Shown: in pieces, positions 26,084 through 36,127 of the stretch
How positions within the stretch are numbered: the first letter of the stretch is position 1
Layout of the letters: the number at the start of each line of letters is the position of its first letter
IMG/VR virus record: IMGVR_UViG_3300032306_000439
Span: 34,639-98,638 of that record
Reading direction: 5' to 3' (one strand)
Source: a virus
Lineage: Duplodnaviria; Caudoviricetes
Length of the DNA stretch: 64,000 bases
Position numbers and translations under genes: made by a program
The notes under the pieces: model-generated
Seen by the model: the letters and a program-made list of their open reading frames with translations, nothing else
Databases searched by the model: none
What the model was told of the DNA's origin: nothing

Positions 26084-29024
26084 TGATAGCCCTCACTGAA
26101 CAGGGAGTGTCTGATATGTAGAAAGGCGTAGAATCTACCTCAATGGTACCGCTGTAAGCCGTGTTAGTCACTGAAATTCCATTTACAAAGTGCTTACGTA
26201 CGGCTAGCTCCTCAAGAGCCAACGGCATGCCCATAGAAGATGGGGGAGTAGTTACTCTGGTAGTGTCTAGCTCGTGCCTGTCAATTAGGGGGTCCATTCC
26301 ACCAACAAAGGCATTCCTGTAGGACCCGACTCCACCTAGCAGGTCACCAACGCTCGCTACTGAAGTGTAGTAGACAATTCCTCCGTTTGAGAGCTGGTAG
26401 CTGAACCCATGCCCGTAGTAGGGAGTGCCAGAAAGTAGACTGATACGAGCTCTGTTAGAATACCCAGCCGTGGTAGACCCAGTAATCCCTGACTGAGTAG
26501 GCAATAGCCAGTTAGAGTCTATGTAGAAAGAGGTCTGGGTGATGTCGTAGCCAAGAGCGGGGTCGAGAACCCGGAACGTCTCACCTGCTATAACTACTTG
26601 CTGTCCTACTCTAAGCTCATCAATAAACCTAGTCCCTACCCCGACTACAAAGTTAGAGCCGTTGAACAGGAAGAGGGTGCCGGTTAGGTCATAAGACCCC
26701 TCGGCTATTACAGAGAACTTCTCTATCTCAAACTCGCAGTCAAGAACGTGGAGAGTGTCACCGTCCTGAACTCCTAGAGCTTCCCAAGAGTCCCCGCTTG
26801 TTGCGTCTTCAAAGTCATTGAAGTCGCGAGCTCCTACGTATACGGCGTTCTCAATGCCTATGGAGAAGTCTTCCAGGGGCAGGATTACCTTTATACCAAG
26901 ATCCTCATCGTCAAAAACTTCGTAGTTATCACGAAGCTCTGACCCGGACCTAACATATGGATAGCAGTGAGCGGGCTTGGATTGCAGTATCAAGTCCAGG
27001 ACAAAGGACTGCGAGCGAGGGAAGGTAGCCGTGGCAGTGTCAAATGTCACAGCGAACATGTTCCACTTAAGGAACCTGTTCATTAATAGCCAAGCAGGCT
27101 GATGATAGTCCCCTGGGTACTCTGACAGGGTTCCCAGTGGCAGAGTACCTGTCTTACCTTGGATTGCAAAATCTACATAGGTAGGATCTGCTATATCAGC
27201 AGCTGGTATTACGGTATCCAGCTTTATCCAGTACTTGCCTACTTCTTCTATACTGCACAGTATAGGAGAGGTGCCTGTTATAAGCAGGTCGTCTCCAACT
27301 GCGGCCCCGAGCGAATAGAACCCTTCGGGGGCGTAAGAGTAGTGCAGGTATTGGTACCCAGCGGTGGACACATCTCCGTCTTCATCGGCTCCAACAAAGT
27401 GGCCTAGGTCTCCTACTCTGGATATGTCTCCTCCAGCATTTAAGAAGTTGCCAAGCACCGCAGAGCTTACAGTCCTTCGGTGAGGGGGTAGTCCAGGAGC
27501 AAGGGCATATGGAACTACGGAATCCTCCCACCATAGGGGGTCTTCTACGTAATCAGTAACTCTGAACACCGACGTCAGCGTATCGAAGGACTCAAACTGC
27601 TGTCCGCTGGGCAGATTCTGGGCAAAGAACCCGGCAGTTCCAGATAGCAACGGGACTCCAGGCGAGTTCTCCAAAGACCAGGCCAGGCCTGAGCCTTCCT
27701 CCGCGTCAGCTAGCTCTACCTGTATATGAGTGTTGAATACGAACTGTATGGACTTTCTAGTGGCCCCAATAACAAGCTCTGTTACCCCAGCCTCGAGCCC
27801 GTCTAGGTCTAGGAAAGACCCTATGTCTTCCAGAGAGGCCAGGTCGGAGAAGATGGTATACGATCCATCTCTCTCAACGGAGTCGTACACCTTTGCTGCC
27901 GCTATTACCTCTGGCAGTAGTGGCGTGCCTGAGTTGAACAGGTACTCCTCGGTAAAGTCAGCGTTTGATACCGAGGTGGTTATAGTTACGTCGCCGGCAC
28001 CGTTGAAACTTATGTCTTCTATAGTTTCGTAGGTGTTCCTCACTACTGGCAGTCCGGACACTACGTTTAGGGCGGACTCTATCCTGGATAGAGAGGGACC
28101 ACCAAGGTACAGATTCCATATTCCCCTAATGAAAGCCCGATACTCTTCTGTAGAGGGCTCTTTGTTAGAAGAAATTGCAGTGCCATACATCTCATATAGA
28201 GTGTAGTAGTCCTTCTTTACATCTGGAGACCATAAAGAAAGGACTCTGACTCTAGTAGCAAAAGAAGTAGACAGACATGTCAGAGCCTCGAACTTATCGA
28301 AGAAGTTCGGTGAATCGGCTCCTATATTGCAGGTTATTGTGCCCTCAGGTGGTAGAGGCGTCCTGTTTTTTACGGTTATGTACCCTGGAGATATGCCTGA
28401 TACCTCAGAGTAGTAAATCCTGCCGCTGCTGGTTACTGAGCGAACAGTATCCCCAACAGCTACAGACGTAGCCGTCCAATCAGGGACTCGCACAGACTTT
28501 AGCCTGACCGTGGAGTCAAACACGGCGGTCGTGAGGGCGAACCCAGGTATTGGGTTACCAAGCCCGTCCCAGTTAAATGGATCGGAATAGAACAGTAAGA
28601 ACCACCCTGTCGTGGGCACGGAGGGATTTAACTGCGCCAACTCCCGCAGCCTTCTAGAGTCATTCTGTATGACATCAAAATCGTAGCTCTTCTCCAGCAC
28701 CCTAGTAGGAGAAAGAACTACGTTGTGCAGTAGGTCTACATCCCTAACATCGTCAGGAAGTGCGTACAGAAAGTACGATACCCCAGGCTCCCCAGTAGGT
28801 ATCTCTAGTACTCGATCCTCGTACATTACTAGATTGTACCAAGGGAAGCTCTCCTCCAGTGGTACGTCCCTCAGAGACAGCCTTGTCAATGACAGCAGCA
28901 TGTCTTGGTAGGCTTTTCCGGCGGCCTCTAATGAAGCCTCATGGGCCCTGACTATTACGTCCGAGTCCTTGAAGAATCTAAGCCAGAAGTCGCTAATGCC
29001 TTCTAGTAGGATCTTGCCGTTCAC
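26073..29024 (-). CDS. Baseplate wedge protein
   Basis: Follows baseplate J; YRAFIRGIW..GPS...IE.AL and SKPAHC motifs. Confidence 0.6.
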   Translation of the reverse strand: MNGKILLEGISDFWLRFFKDSDVIVRAHEASLEAAGKAYQDMLLSLTRLSLRDVPLEESFPWYNLVMYEDRVLEIPTGEPGVSYFLYALPDDVRDVDLLHNVVLSPTRVLEKSYDFDVIQNDSRRLRELAQLNPSVPTTGWFLLFYSDPFNWDGLGNPIPGFALTTAVFDSTVRLKSVRVPDWTATSVAVGDTVRSVTSSGRIYYSEVSGISPGYITVKNRTPLPPEGTITCNIGADSPNFFDKFEALTCLSTSFATRVRVLSLWSPDVKKDYYTLYEMYGTAISSNKEPSTEEYRAFIRGIWNLYLGGPSLSRIESALNVVSGLPVVRNTYETIEDISFNGAGDVTITTSVSNADFTEEYLFNSGTPLLPEVIAAAKVYDSVERDGSYTIFSDLASLEDIGSFLDLDGLEAGVTELVIGATRKSIQFVFNTHIQVELADAEEGSGLAWSLENSPGVPLLSGTAGFFAQNLPSGQQFESFDTLTSVFRVTDYVEDPLWWEDSVVPYALAPGLPPHRRTVSSAVLGNFLNAGGDISRVGDLGHFVGADEDGDVSTAGYQYLHYSYAPEGFYSLGAAVGDDLLITGTSPILCSIEEVGKYWIKLDTVIPAADIADPTYVDFAIQGKTGTLPLGTLSEYPGDYHQPAWLLMNRFLKWNMFAVTFDTATATFPRSQSFVLDLILQSKPAHCYPYVRSGSELRDNYEVFDDEDLGIKVILPLEDFSIGIENAVYVGARDFNDFEDATSGDSWEALGVQDGDTLHVLDCEFEIEKFSVIAEGSYDLTGTLFLFNGSNFVVGVGTRFIDELRVGQQVVIAGETFRVLDPALGYDITQTSFYIDSNWLLPTQSGITGSTTAGYSNRARISLLSGTPYYGHGFSYQLSNGGIVYYTSVASVGDLLGGVGSYRNAFVGGMDPLIDRHELDTTRVTTPPSSMGMPLALEELAVRKHFVNGISVTNTAYSGTIEVDSTPFYISDTPCSVRAINVA

Positions 29025-30733
29025 ACAAGCTCCGTAAGAGTGATCAGGTCCTCAAACGAAACGAATCTGACGGTGTTATCGCTGACCTGCTCATTGAGTC
29101 TAGTGGTACCGTCATAGGCAGTGGAGTCTGCCAGTAGCGTCATGTCCTCAACTGTGATCTTGTTCTGAGTAACGTACTTTATCTCCCTCCCAGAAGGAGA
29201 CTGCAGGTACATGCTTACTGTTATAGGCAGGGCGACTCCCTGGACATACAGATCAAAGTTGCCCATCAGGAACACTACAATGTCAGATACCTTGAGGCCT
29301 TCTGGGAACAGATTGTTATTCAGGTACGAGCATATAGCAGCCTTGGCCTCCTGCTCAGGTAGAGCTCCTGGAGCGCTAGACTTCCTGTAGTAAGAGATGG
29401 ACATCTTAACTACTGCGGGTATGAAGGAGTACCCTAGAGCGTTGGCGGCGGCTACTCTTCTGTTCCTGTCCTGTACGATAAGGTCCACAGAAGACAGGCT
29501 TCTAGTACCGTCATACTCTAAGTACAGATTGCGCGCCCCGGCAGTGCTGCCTACTTTGACAGACAAACCTTGCTGCATTGAGCTAAACAAAGAGGTGTCT
29601 GACACAGACAGAGAATATTCGTCCGCCTGCAGAGCGCTGGTAGCTCTTACGGCATACGCATCTGTATCTGACCTGTAAACTTTGTACTTAGTAGCGCCAT
29701 TGTCATCAAAGCTATGTATGCTAGCTCTGACTAGGTTAGTGAAGGGGCCGCCGTTAGATAACGCTACGGATTTTACCCTTAAGAAAGGAAAATTAGTGAC
29801 AGCCGTAGTGTCTATTGTCTTAGTAGACTCTCCGTCAGCAAAAGAAACGTACGTACCGTCGTACGGGTATCTGGCGTTCCTGACTACGGGCAATAGACAG
29901 TAAACGTTAACATGTCCTAAGACATGGATGTTTAGATTGTAAGCGACGTCCTTTATTAGGTCTCGCTGCATCTCTTCAGCGCCGGCGCCAACTACATAGA
30001 CGTCCTGTACGTCGACCACCTCTTCTCTTAGAACAGCGCTGAGAGACCTCTGAGTTATGAGACCCCTCTCCGATAGAGAAGACTTAGCTCTCTCTATAAG
30101 ATCGGAATTAATCTCATTAGCTACTGCAGTGGTGATTCCAGTCTCTAACTCGACGTAATTTAGATACGGAGAGAAGGTGCTGAACGTCTGGAATATACCA
30201 GCGGGTACGTTACCAGCCCCGCCTATTGAGGTAGAGATTATAGGTACATACAATAGGTACTCAGAAACGCTGCCGTCAGAGGCCAATACAGGGCGCATCT
30301 GATCATCCCTGTTAATGACCAGCGCGTTCTGCGAGTCAAGTACGAACTCTACTCCGGTAGAGTACGTAAACTGCGCGTCTGTAGGTATCTCAACAATCTC
30401 GCCTACAGAAGAAGAAAAGTGCAAGGTAGCAATGCCAGTAGACCTAGTTCCCTCTTTGCGAGTAACAAACCAGTTGGATACTAGATCCTCTAGGGCCCCG
30501 TCTACATCTTCGGGGGACAGAGAAGATATTGAGTTAAGGCTCTGCCTAGCCCTTATCTGAGCGGCTTCTTTTTCTACAAGAGCCGGTATTACGGCCATGG
30601 CCCTGACGACCACGTCGTTTAGGAGGGTTCCCTCGCGGAAGTTGCCTGATGGCACATACTGAGATAGAGCGCTTCTGATTAGCCTCTCTACCCTGGCCAG
30701 GTCTTCTGTGTTTATGTCGATAGACAGAGCCAT
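29021..30733 (-). CDS. Baseplate J-like wedge subunit
   Basis: EGTLLNDVV, WFVTRKEGTRSTG, GGAGNVPAG, E..SDLIERA, GHVNVY. Confidence 0.8.
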   Translation of the reverse strand: MALSIDINTEDLARVERLIRSALSQYVPSGNFREGTLLNDVVVRAMAVIPALVEKEAAQIRARQSLNSISSLSPEDVDGALEDLVSNWFVTRKEGTRSTGIATLHFSSSVGEIVEIPTDAQFTYSTGVEFVLDSQNALVINRDDQMRPVLASDGSVSEYLLYVPIISTSIGGAGNVPAGIFQTFSTFSPYLNYVELETGITTAVANEINSDLIERAKSSLSERGLITQRSLSAVLREEVVDVQDVYVVGAGAEEMQRDLIKDVAYNLNIHVLGHVNVYCLLPVVRNARYPYDGTYVSFADGESTKTIDTTAVTNFPFLRVKSVALSNGGPFTNLVRASIHSFDDNGATKYKVYRSDTDAYAVRATSALQADEYSLSVSDTSLFSSMQQGLSVKVGSTAGARNLYLEYDGTRSLSSVDLIVQDRNRRVAAANALGYSFIPAVVKMSISYYRKSSAPGALPEQEAKAAICSYLNNNLFPEGLKVSDIVVFLMGNFDLYVQGVALPITVSMYLQSPSGREIKYVTQNKITVEDMTLLADSTAYDGTTRLNEQVSDNTVRFVSFEDLITLTELV

Positions 30734-31152
30734 TATACAGTGACCTCCAAGGGTATTACAGCGTCAGAGGCGCTGTATACCAATATCCTCACCACTAAAC
30801 CAGGGCCCTGCCTGACTAGGATGTTGTTTATAACTAGCCTAGAAAGGGTCTCGTCCCTAGAGACGGGGGACCTAAGCTGCATCTTCTTTATGTACGACTC
30901 GGCATCTGCGATAGCCGATATGGCCGTAGCCTTAGCGTGCTCTACGTCTGTGACGTTACCCACTAGATTAGGTAGGTAGGTACCCTCTGACCTAGCGGTT
31001 GGAATGCTGCCCTTGGTCGTAAACAAGATGCGCATTACCATATTTGATAGTGTGTACGACCCAGTGCTGCTTGCCAGTATGCCCTGGCCGTCGTCAAGCC
31101 AGCGGGGACCGTCAGGGCCTGTTGATCTAGCAAAGATGTCGTATAAAGCCAA
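30733..31152 (-). CDS. gp25-like baseplate/sheath initiator
   Basis: RILFTTKGSIP...GT.L motif; position upstream of baseplate J. Confidence 0.7.
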   Translation of the reverse strand: MALYDIFARSTGPDGPRWLDDGQGILASSTGSYTLSNMVMRILFTTKGSIPTARSEGTYLPNLVGNVTDVEHAKATAISAIADAESYIKKMQLRSPVSRDETLSRLVINNILVRQGPGLVVRILVYSASDAVIPLEVTV

Positions 31153-31154
31153 GG

Positions 31155-31607
31155 TTATACTACTACGGTAGAGGGACTTGCTTCTCCGGTCTCTGGGTTG
31201 ATAGAGAAGCTTTCAGCAATGCTTACTTCGTCCGGTGCATTTGTTATATCTCTGTGTAGAGATAGGTCCGTAGCAGCTCTGCCGGCATAAAAAACTTCAT
31301 CTTTTTCGGCCGCCTTCAAAGCGCTGTCCCAGTAATCTAGGCGGCTCCTGGACCTCATTTCCAGTGATCTGTTTACCGCTTGAGTCCTGGAGTAGGCCCT
31401 AGAGGCTGTGGCGCTCTCTGCCACCGAGGAAGCGTTTACTACATGCTCCCCTTGAAAGCTGGAGTTCTTTGAGCACGCCTTTAGGATGTCCATGTCGGAC
31501 TCACTGAACGAGTACCCTCCATCTAAGTACTCCAAGTACTTCTTCTTGGCATAAGAAGCCATGGCCACGTAGATGTTCTGGGACTCATAGGAGAAGCTCT
31601 CGGCCAT
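31155..31607 (-). CDS. Hypothetical protein
   Basis: TAATG-coupled to the sigma gene. Confidence 0.6.
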   Translation of the reverse strand: MAESFSYESQNIYVAMASYAKKKYLEYLDGGYSFSESDMDILKACSKNSSFQGEHVVNASSVAESATASRAYSRTQAVNRSLEMRSRSRLDYWDSALKAAEKDEVFYAGRAATDLSLHRDITNAPDEVSIAESFSINPETGEASPSTVVV

Positions 31608-32302
31608 TACTGCACCACTCCAGAGATTATGGATTTCAACCTTCTCTTGGCGTGAGATATCTGCCCTGAAGTAAGTCCTGACTTATTCATCAGCTCCTTA
31701 GTACTCAAGAGGGGAGCTCCGCCATAGCCGGTGGTGTGCTCAAATACTACTTTGTCTGACGGATTTAAGTCGTGGTAGACGAAAGACACTATGCTGTCGT
31801 CATCGTCGTCCAAGCTAAACCCATGGGATATTGGAAGAGAGTCTGACAATTCCCTGCGCTGCTCTTTTCTAAACCTAGCTACCTCGGCAGGGCTCCAGGA
31901 CAGGTCGTCCGCCAGCTCTTCAACGCTAGGCTCTCGTGCTAGGTCGTCTCTTAGCCTCTCTATGGAGTCGTTGAACGTCTTCATCTTTATCTTGCGATGC
32001 TCAGGCATTCTGGCAGGGCCAGAATACGTATAGATATCTCGAGACAAAGACTTCAGCTGATTAGTAAGGTGAGTGTTAAGCGCTGCTTTGCTAGGGTCAA
32101 AGGTCTCAAACGACTTAACAGCCAACTGCCTCGCTTGGGCCCTTAAAGCTGGTAAGGCCACGGGGCCTCCCATCCAACGAGAGACCTCTTTGTTTATGAC
32201 GGGGTCCACCTGTTTGAGAAGTGGCGTGAGAGTGGCCTTGTTTGGATTGTTGCTCCAGGCAGACCAGAGCTCCACGTCTTTTGACTTTTTGTCTTCGTTC
32301 AA
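31607..32302 (-). CDS. Sigma-70-family sigma factor (FliA/SigB-like architecture)
   Basis: AVKSFETFDPSKAALNTH (region 2), ARMPE, LAREPSVEELADDL (region 3), C-terminal HTH-like region 4. Confidence 0.78.
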   Translation of the reverse strand: MNEDKKSKDVELWSAWSNNPNKATLTPLLKQVDPVINKEVSRWMGGPVALPALRAQARQLAVKSFETFDPSKAALNTHLTNQLKSLSRDIYTYSGPARMPEHRKIKMKTFNDSIERLRDDLAREPSVEELADDLSWSPAEVARFRKEQRRELSDSLPISHGFSLDDDDDSIVSFVYHDLNPSDKVVFEHTTGYGGAPLLSTKELMNKSGLTSGQISHAKRRLKSIISGVVQ

Positions 32303-35247
32303 GATCCGGCTCTCCTGATAAGGACGTCAGGGTTTGATGAGTGGCTACCCTGGGGGCTAAGGGACTCTATCTCTGCTGTGTAGTCTAAGAGTAGAGCCTG
32401 CCAGTCCTTGATGCTATCAGGAAGATCGGCAAAAGTGGCCACGTCTCCGACTGGAAGGATGACGGCGTCCTGCAGCTCTCCGTCCGCCCCTATCACCTTA
32501 ATCCTAAGAGTCTCTTGAGTCGACCCTGTGTCAGTAGTGGTGGAGATTTTAGCCCCTGGCTCCACTCCAGGTCCTCCTATAAACTGCCTGATTACAGAGT
32601 AGTAAGTGGGCACTGTCCTACCCTGGTCAGAAGGGCCTACTCGAACTCCCCTGCCTCTTCCTACTGGATCTAGGTTGGTCTTGCCCCTACCTGCTACAGC
32701 GTAGAAGTCTATATAGTCTTCTAGAGTACAAACTGGTCTGGATACATAATCCATGGCCAGATCGTTGTTGTCGAATAGGTCCTTGACCTCATTCTTGGGC
32801 TTCAAAGGAGTATTTGTGTATATAGCAGGCTTAACTCCATCTGGGACATCCTCAAAGGCCGGAAGGGCTCTCTCTTCTTCGGTTAGGGGTCGGGTAACTA
32901 TCAACTGAGACTCTGCTGAGGGCCTATCCCACTGCATAAGAGTCCTGTAGTCCATTACCCCGGAGCCTTGCACGTTAGCAGCCATAAGGGAGTCCAAAGG
33001 CACTAGACCTACTTTCTTATCTCCCTTGCCTGCTTCTGCCTTAGCGGGTACCTCTGACCTCCTAAACAGGATTGAGTAGTACATATTGGCCGCTGGTATG
33101 TACTGAAACAGGTCCTGCAGCTCACCAATTGGGTCGTGAGGGCCGGCGTCAAGATAGCCACCGTCCGCCTTCATCGTGGCCATCATGTCTTCAAAGGTGC
33201 GTGTAAAGGTGAAGTCTACAGAGGTGTAGAACCCCTTGTCAGTTAGGGTATGTCTAACCTGTTGCGCCACTGCTAGTAAGTGCATGCCGGAAGAGTTGTT
33301 GTCGAAGACGGCCATCGGGAAGCCAGTAACTATGTACGGATTAAAAGAGCCGCTTACCTGGCCCTGGCGGGCAGTGTACTTCTGCTTGTAGAACTCATGC
33401 TCTGCAAGCATGTAAAGAAGGGCGTGAGTAGAGTGCCCTTGGGCTTTTCTATTCTCAGAAGCTCTTATGTCCTTACTTATTAAATCAGACTGTATGGGAG
33501 CGTCTCTATACAGCTCTCCGGCCTTCCTTTGAATCTCCAGGTCTTCTTTCTCAAGCCCGAACCGGCGGCTGTTGGCTACCTTGTTTAGCTCCGTAAACAT
33601 GTCAGGGAGCTGCCTTATCATAGGCTTAGGGCCGATGTAGTACTCCTCTGGGAATATCAGGAACTCAGTGTCGGAGGTTCCAGTGCTAGTCGCCCTATCC
33701 ATATGGCCGTCTACAGTAGCAGGGAACCCTATTCTAGTAGCGCTGGCTGAGTAGCCCGTTAGCTTAGCACCTGAGGTGAGCTTGTTTATAGCGGAGGACT
33801 TGCTGAAATAAGCTCTAGTAGGAGTTCTGGAGTAGTCCTCTGATAGCTGAAGGCTGCTCCACATGGAAGGGAAGATGGCGTTGCAGGCGGGGGGCAAAGA
33901 GAAGGTAGTCTGAGGCTTTGTTAAGAACGACCCTATCCCAAGCCGTCTCTTAACCGCCGCCAGATTAGAAGCCCAGACAGCGGGGAGCTCCGAAGCGACA
34001 CCAACTTCTCGGAACGGTCCATAGGGTAGACCATATTTGTCTAGAGTGTAGCTAGGAGGAGCCATCACCTCAACGATCTCATAGTAAAGATTACTGAAGA
34101 GAGTTGTGAGGAACCCCCACAGGCTGGAGTTTTCACCAAATCTTGCGCCGGACTGATTAACTAAAGCCTTTATGAGTCTCTTTGCGTTGACAGCTTTTAA
34201 TAGGGGGAACACTCCACCGCCAAGCTTACCGTTGACAGGGTCTTCCTCTCCAGGGCGACCCTCCACGTACGGAGAGGCTACCCAGTGCTCCAGGAACCTT
34301 GTAAGGCGCATATGCCGGGCGTAGAAGCCGGTGTGGGTAACGCTCTTTGATGTAGCAGACCTGTACTTCAGAGTCTGCATTGCTTGCAGTCTAAAGGCGT
34401 AAGTTTGGAGCTCAACGGATGTCTTGTCGGATATATTTTTATCGCTGGCCTTAACGGCGTAGGTCTGAACTATACCCACTAAGGCTTCTCTACTTCTCTT
34501 ATCTACCGAGTCAGTAATGGCCTGCTGCAGCTCTTCCTTCTTCTTAGAAAGGGACTCGGTTGTTATAGCCTCTCCCTCCAGTGCTTTCCTGGCCTCCGCC
34601 TCTATTAGTCTTTCAGTGTCAGCGGACACCTTCAGATCCCAAAGAGACTTAAGCCTGTCTACCTCCTCTTTTATGGCTTTCTCAGATACCTTAACAGAGG
34701 GTACAGACTCCTGGTATTCTCCGGTCACTGCAGCTACTATGTTTTCGACAATGTCGAATGGGCGTGCAATAGGCTGCTTCTTGTGAACTCCCTGCGTAAA
34801 GAAAGATCCTGGGAATTTAGATTTGATATTGAGCTGGTTGGGGAATTCCCTGTCAGGCCTAGACATTGACCCAGTGCTCGAAGCCTTACCGGACAAAAAG
34901 AAGAAAAATAGCTGCGATAGAAGTGTAAGGTGGCTAGCTACGCTTAGGCTTAGCGACCTTGAGGTTCCCTGGTTGGTGTAGGAAAACCCTACAACCTCTC
35001 CCTCAAACAGTAGGGCCCACTGCGGGTTGTCAGCGTAATACCAACAGTCTAGGTAGAACACGGCAACTTGTAGCCGGTCGTCAGCCCCTATTCTTGACAG
35101 TAAGCGGTGTGGAGGAACTTCTATAGTAGCGCTTACTGGGGAGAATATTCCGCTACTCACTGAGCAGCTATAAGCGGGCACCCTAACGCCGTTAATATAT
35201 ACTAAAAACTTGTTGGGCTTTTGAGATTGGTGGAGTGACTGGCTCAC
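32299..35247 (-). CDS. Large baseplate hub/tail protein
   Basis: VYINGVRVP, LFEGEVVG, FNPYIVTGFP...V.HTL hub-like beta motifs; lies between tape measure and wedge genes. Confidence 0.6.
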   Translation of the reverse strand: MSQSLHQSQKPNKFLVYINGVRVPAYSCSVSSGIFSPVSATIEVPPHRLLSRIGADDRLQVAVFYLDCWYYADNPQWALLFEGEVVGFSYTNQGTSRSLSLSVASHLTLLSQLFFFFLSGKASSTGSMSRPDREFPNQLNIKSKFPGSFFTQGVHKKQPIARPFDIVENIVAAVTGEYQESVPSVKVSEKAIKEEVDRLKSLWDLKVSADTERLIEAEARKALEGEAITTESLSKKKEELQQAITDSVDKRSREALVGIVQTYAVKASDKNISDKTSVELQTYAFRLQAMQTLKYRSATSKSVTHTGFYARHMRLTRFLEHWVASPYVEGRPGEEDPVNGKLGGGVFPLLKAVNAKRLIKALVNQSGARFGENSSLWGFLTTLFSNLYYEIVEVMAPPSYTLDKYGLPYGPFREVGVASELPAVWASNLAAVKRRLGIGSFLTKPQTTFSLPPACNAIFPSMWSSLQLSEDYSRTPTRAYFSKSSAINKLTSGAKLTGYSASATRIGFPATVDGHMDRATSTGTSDTEFLIFPEEYYIGPKPMIRQLPDMFTELNKVANSRRFGLEKEDLEIQRKAGELYRDAPIQSDLISKDIRASENRKAQGHSTHALLYMLAEHEFYKQKYTARQGQVSGSFNPYIVTGFPMAVFDNNSSGMHLLAVAQQVRHTLTDKGFYTSVDFTFTRTFEDMMATMKADGGYLDAGPHDPIGELQDLFQYIPAANMYYSILFRRSEVPAKAEAGKGDKKVGLVPLDSLMAANVQGSGVMDYRTLMQWDRPSAESQLIVTRPLTEEERALPAFEDVPDGVKPAIYTNTPLKPKNEVKDLFDNNDLAMDYVSRPVCTLEDYIDFYAVAGRGKTNLDPVGRGRGVRVGPSDQGRTVPTYYSVIRQFIGGPGVEPGAKISTTTDTGSTQETLRIKVIGADGELQDAVILPVGDVATFADLPDSIKDWQALLLDYTAEIESLSPQGSHSSNPDVLIRRAGS

Positions 35248-36101
35248 TTAATATCCGATCCTATGTCGCGCTGCTTACATAATATAGCCAACAGGCAAAG
35301 ACTGGCGGCTACTGGCTGGGTAGGGAGCAGGCCCTCAACGTATGATCTTAGGCCAGAGTCTATCTTCCTACCTAAGAAAGACAGAGCCTGCCGGGAGGCC
35401 TCGCTGAATTGACCAGCTATGCCCTCAAGAGACGATAGACTACGGGAGCCTACTATCTTTACATCACTATAGCCTGCCTCAGAAGACCAGTACTGGGCTA
35501 CAAACGGTGCCTGGCCGTACCTAGCTAACAACTGAACCGCTCTTCTGCAGGAAGCTACCTCTTCGGAGGTACCTACTGTAGCTCCTGGCAGTATCCCATA
35601 TAGGATTCTGGACCTGAATTTTTCGGCACTTGGGTCGCTAAAAGGGGATAGAAAAGACGCCTCTAGCTCAGACAGATCTGAGATAGAAGTGCCGTCATAC
35701 TCTTTTGATTTCTCTACTGTGTATACCAAAGTGCGGGAGCTTGAGTTATCCGAGTTGTCAGACAGAACTACAGTAACAGTGATCTCCTCCTCGTAGGAGT
35801 GAGCTATATTGCGAGACAGAAATATGTCCAACAGAGACGTCTCCCCATCGCTCCAGGGGGTGATCTTTGAGGAGTCCCACTCAGTATCTGGTACTACCTC
35901 TCCGGAAGATATTACGGGGGAGCCATTAATACTGACCTCTACTGTATCAAGGTCGATAAAAGACCCGCCCCTATCCTCAGCCCTAATGACGAATGCAGAG
36001 CGCACCCCTACTTTATCGTATCCGTTAGGGGGCGACACCGTCTTTATGTAAGGAGGAATGGCGTCTGTAGAAATTACAATAGCTCCCATTGGCGTACCCA
36101 C
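35244..36101 (-). CDS. Structural protein with Ig-like N-terminal domain
   Basis: D.IPPYI..VSP...ED.GG..IDLDTVEVSING pattern. Confidence 0.55.
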   Translation of the reverse strand: MGTPMGAIVISTDAIPPYIKTVSPPNGYDKVGVRSAFVIRAEDRGGSFIDLDTVEVSINGSPVISSGEVVPDTEWDSSKITPWSDGETSLLDIFLSRNIAHSYEEEITVTVVLSDNSDNSSSRTLVYTVEKSKEYDGTSISDLSELEASFLSPFSDPSAEKFRSRILYGILPGATVGTSEEVASCRRAVQLLARYGQAPFVAQYWSSEAGYSDVKIVGSRSLSSLEGIAGQFSEASRQALSFLGRKIDSGLRSYVEGLLPTQPVAASLCLLAILCKQRDIGSDIK

Positions 36102-36127
36102 CTAGAGTTTGTTGCTCGCACAATAAG

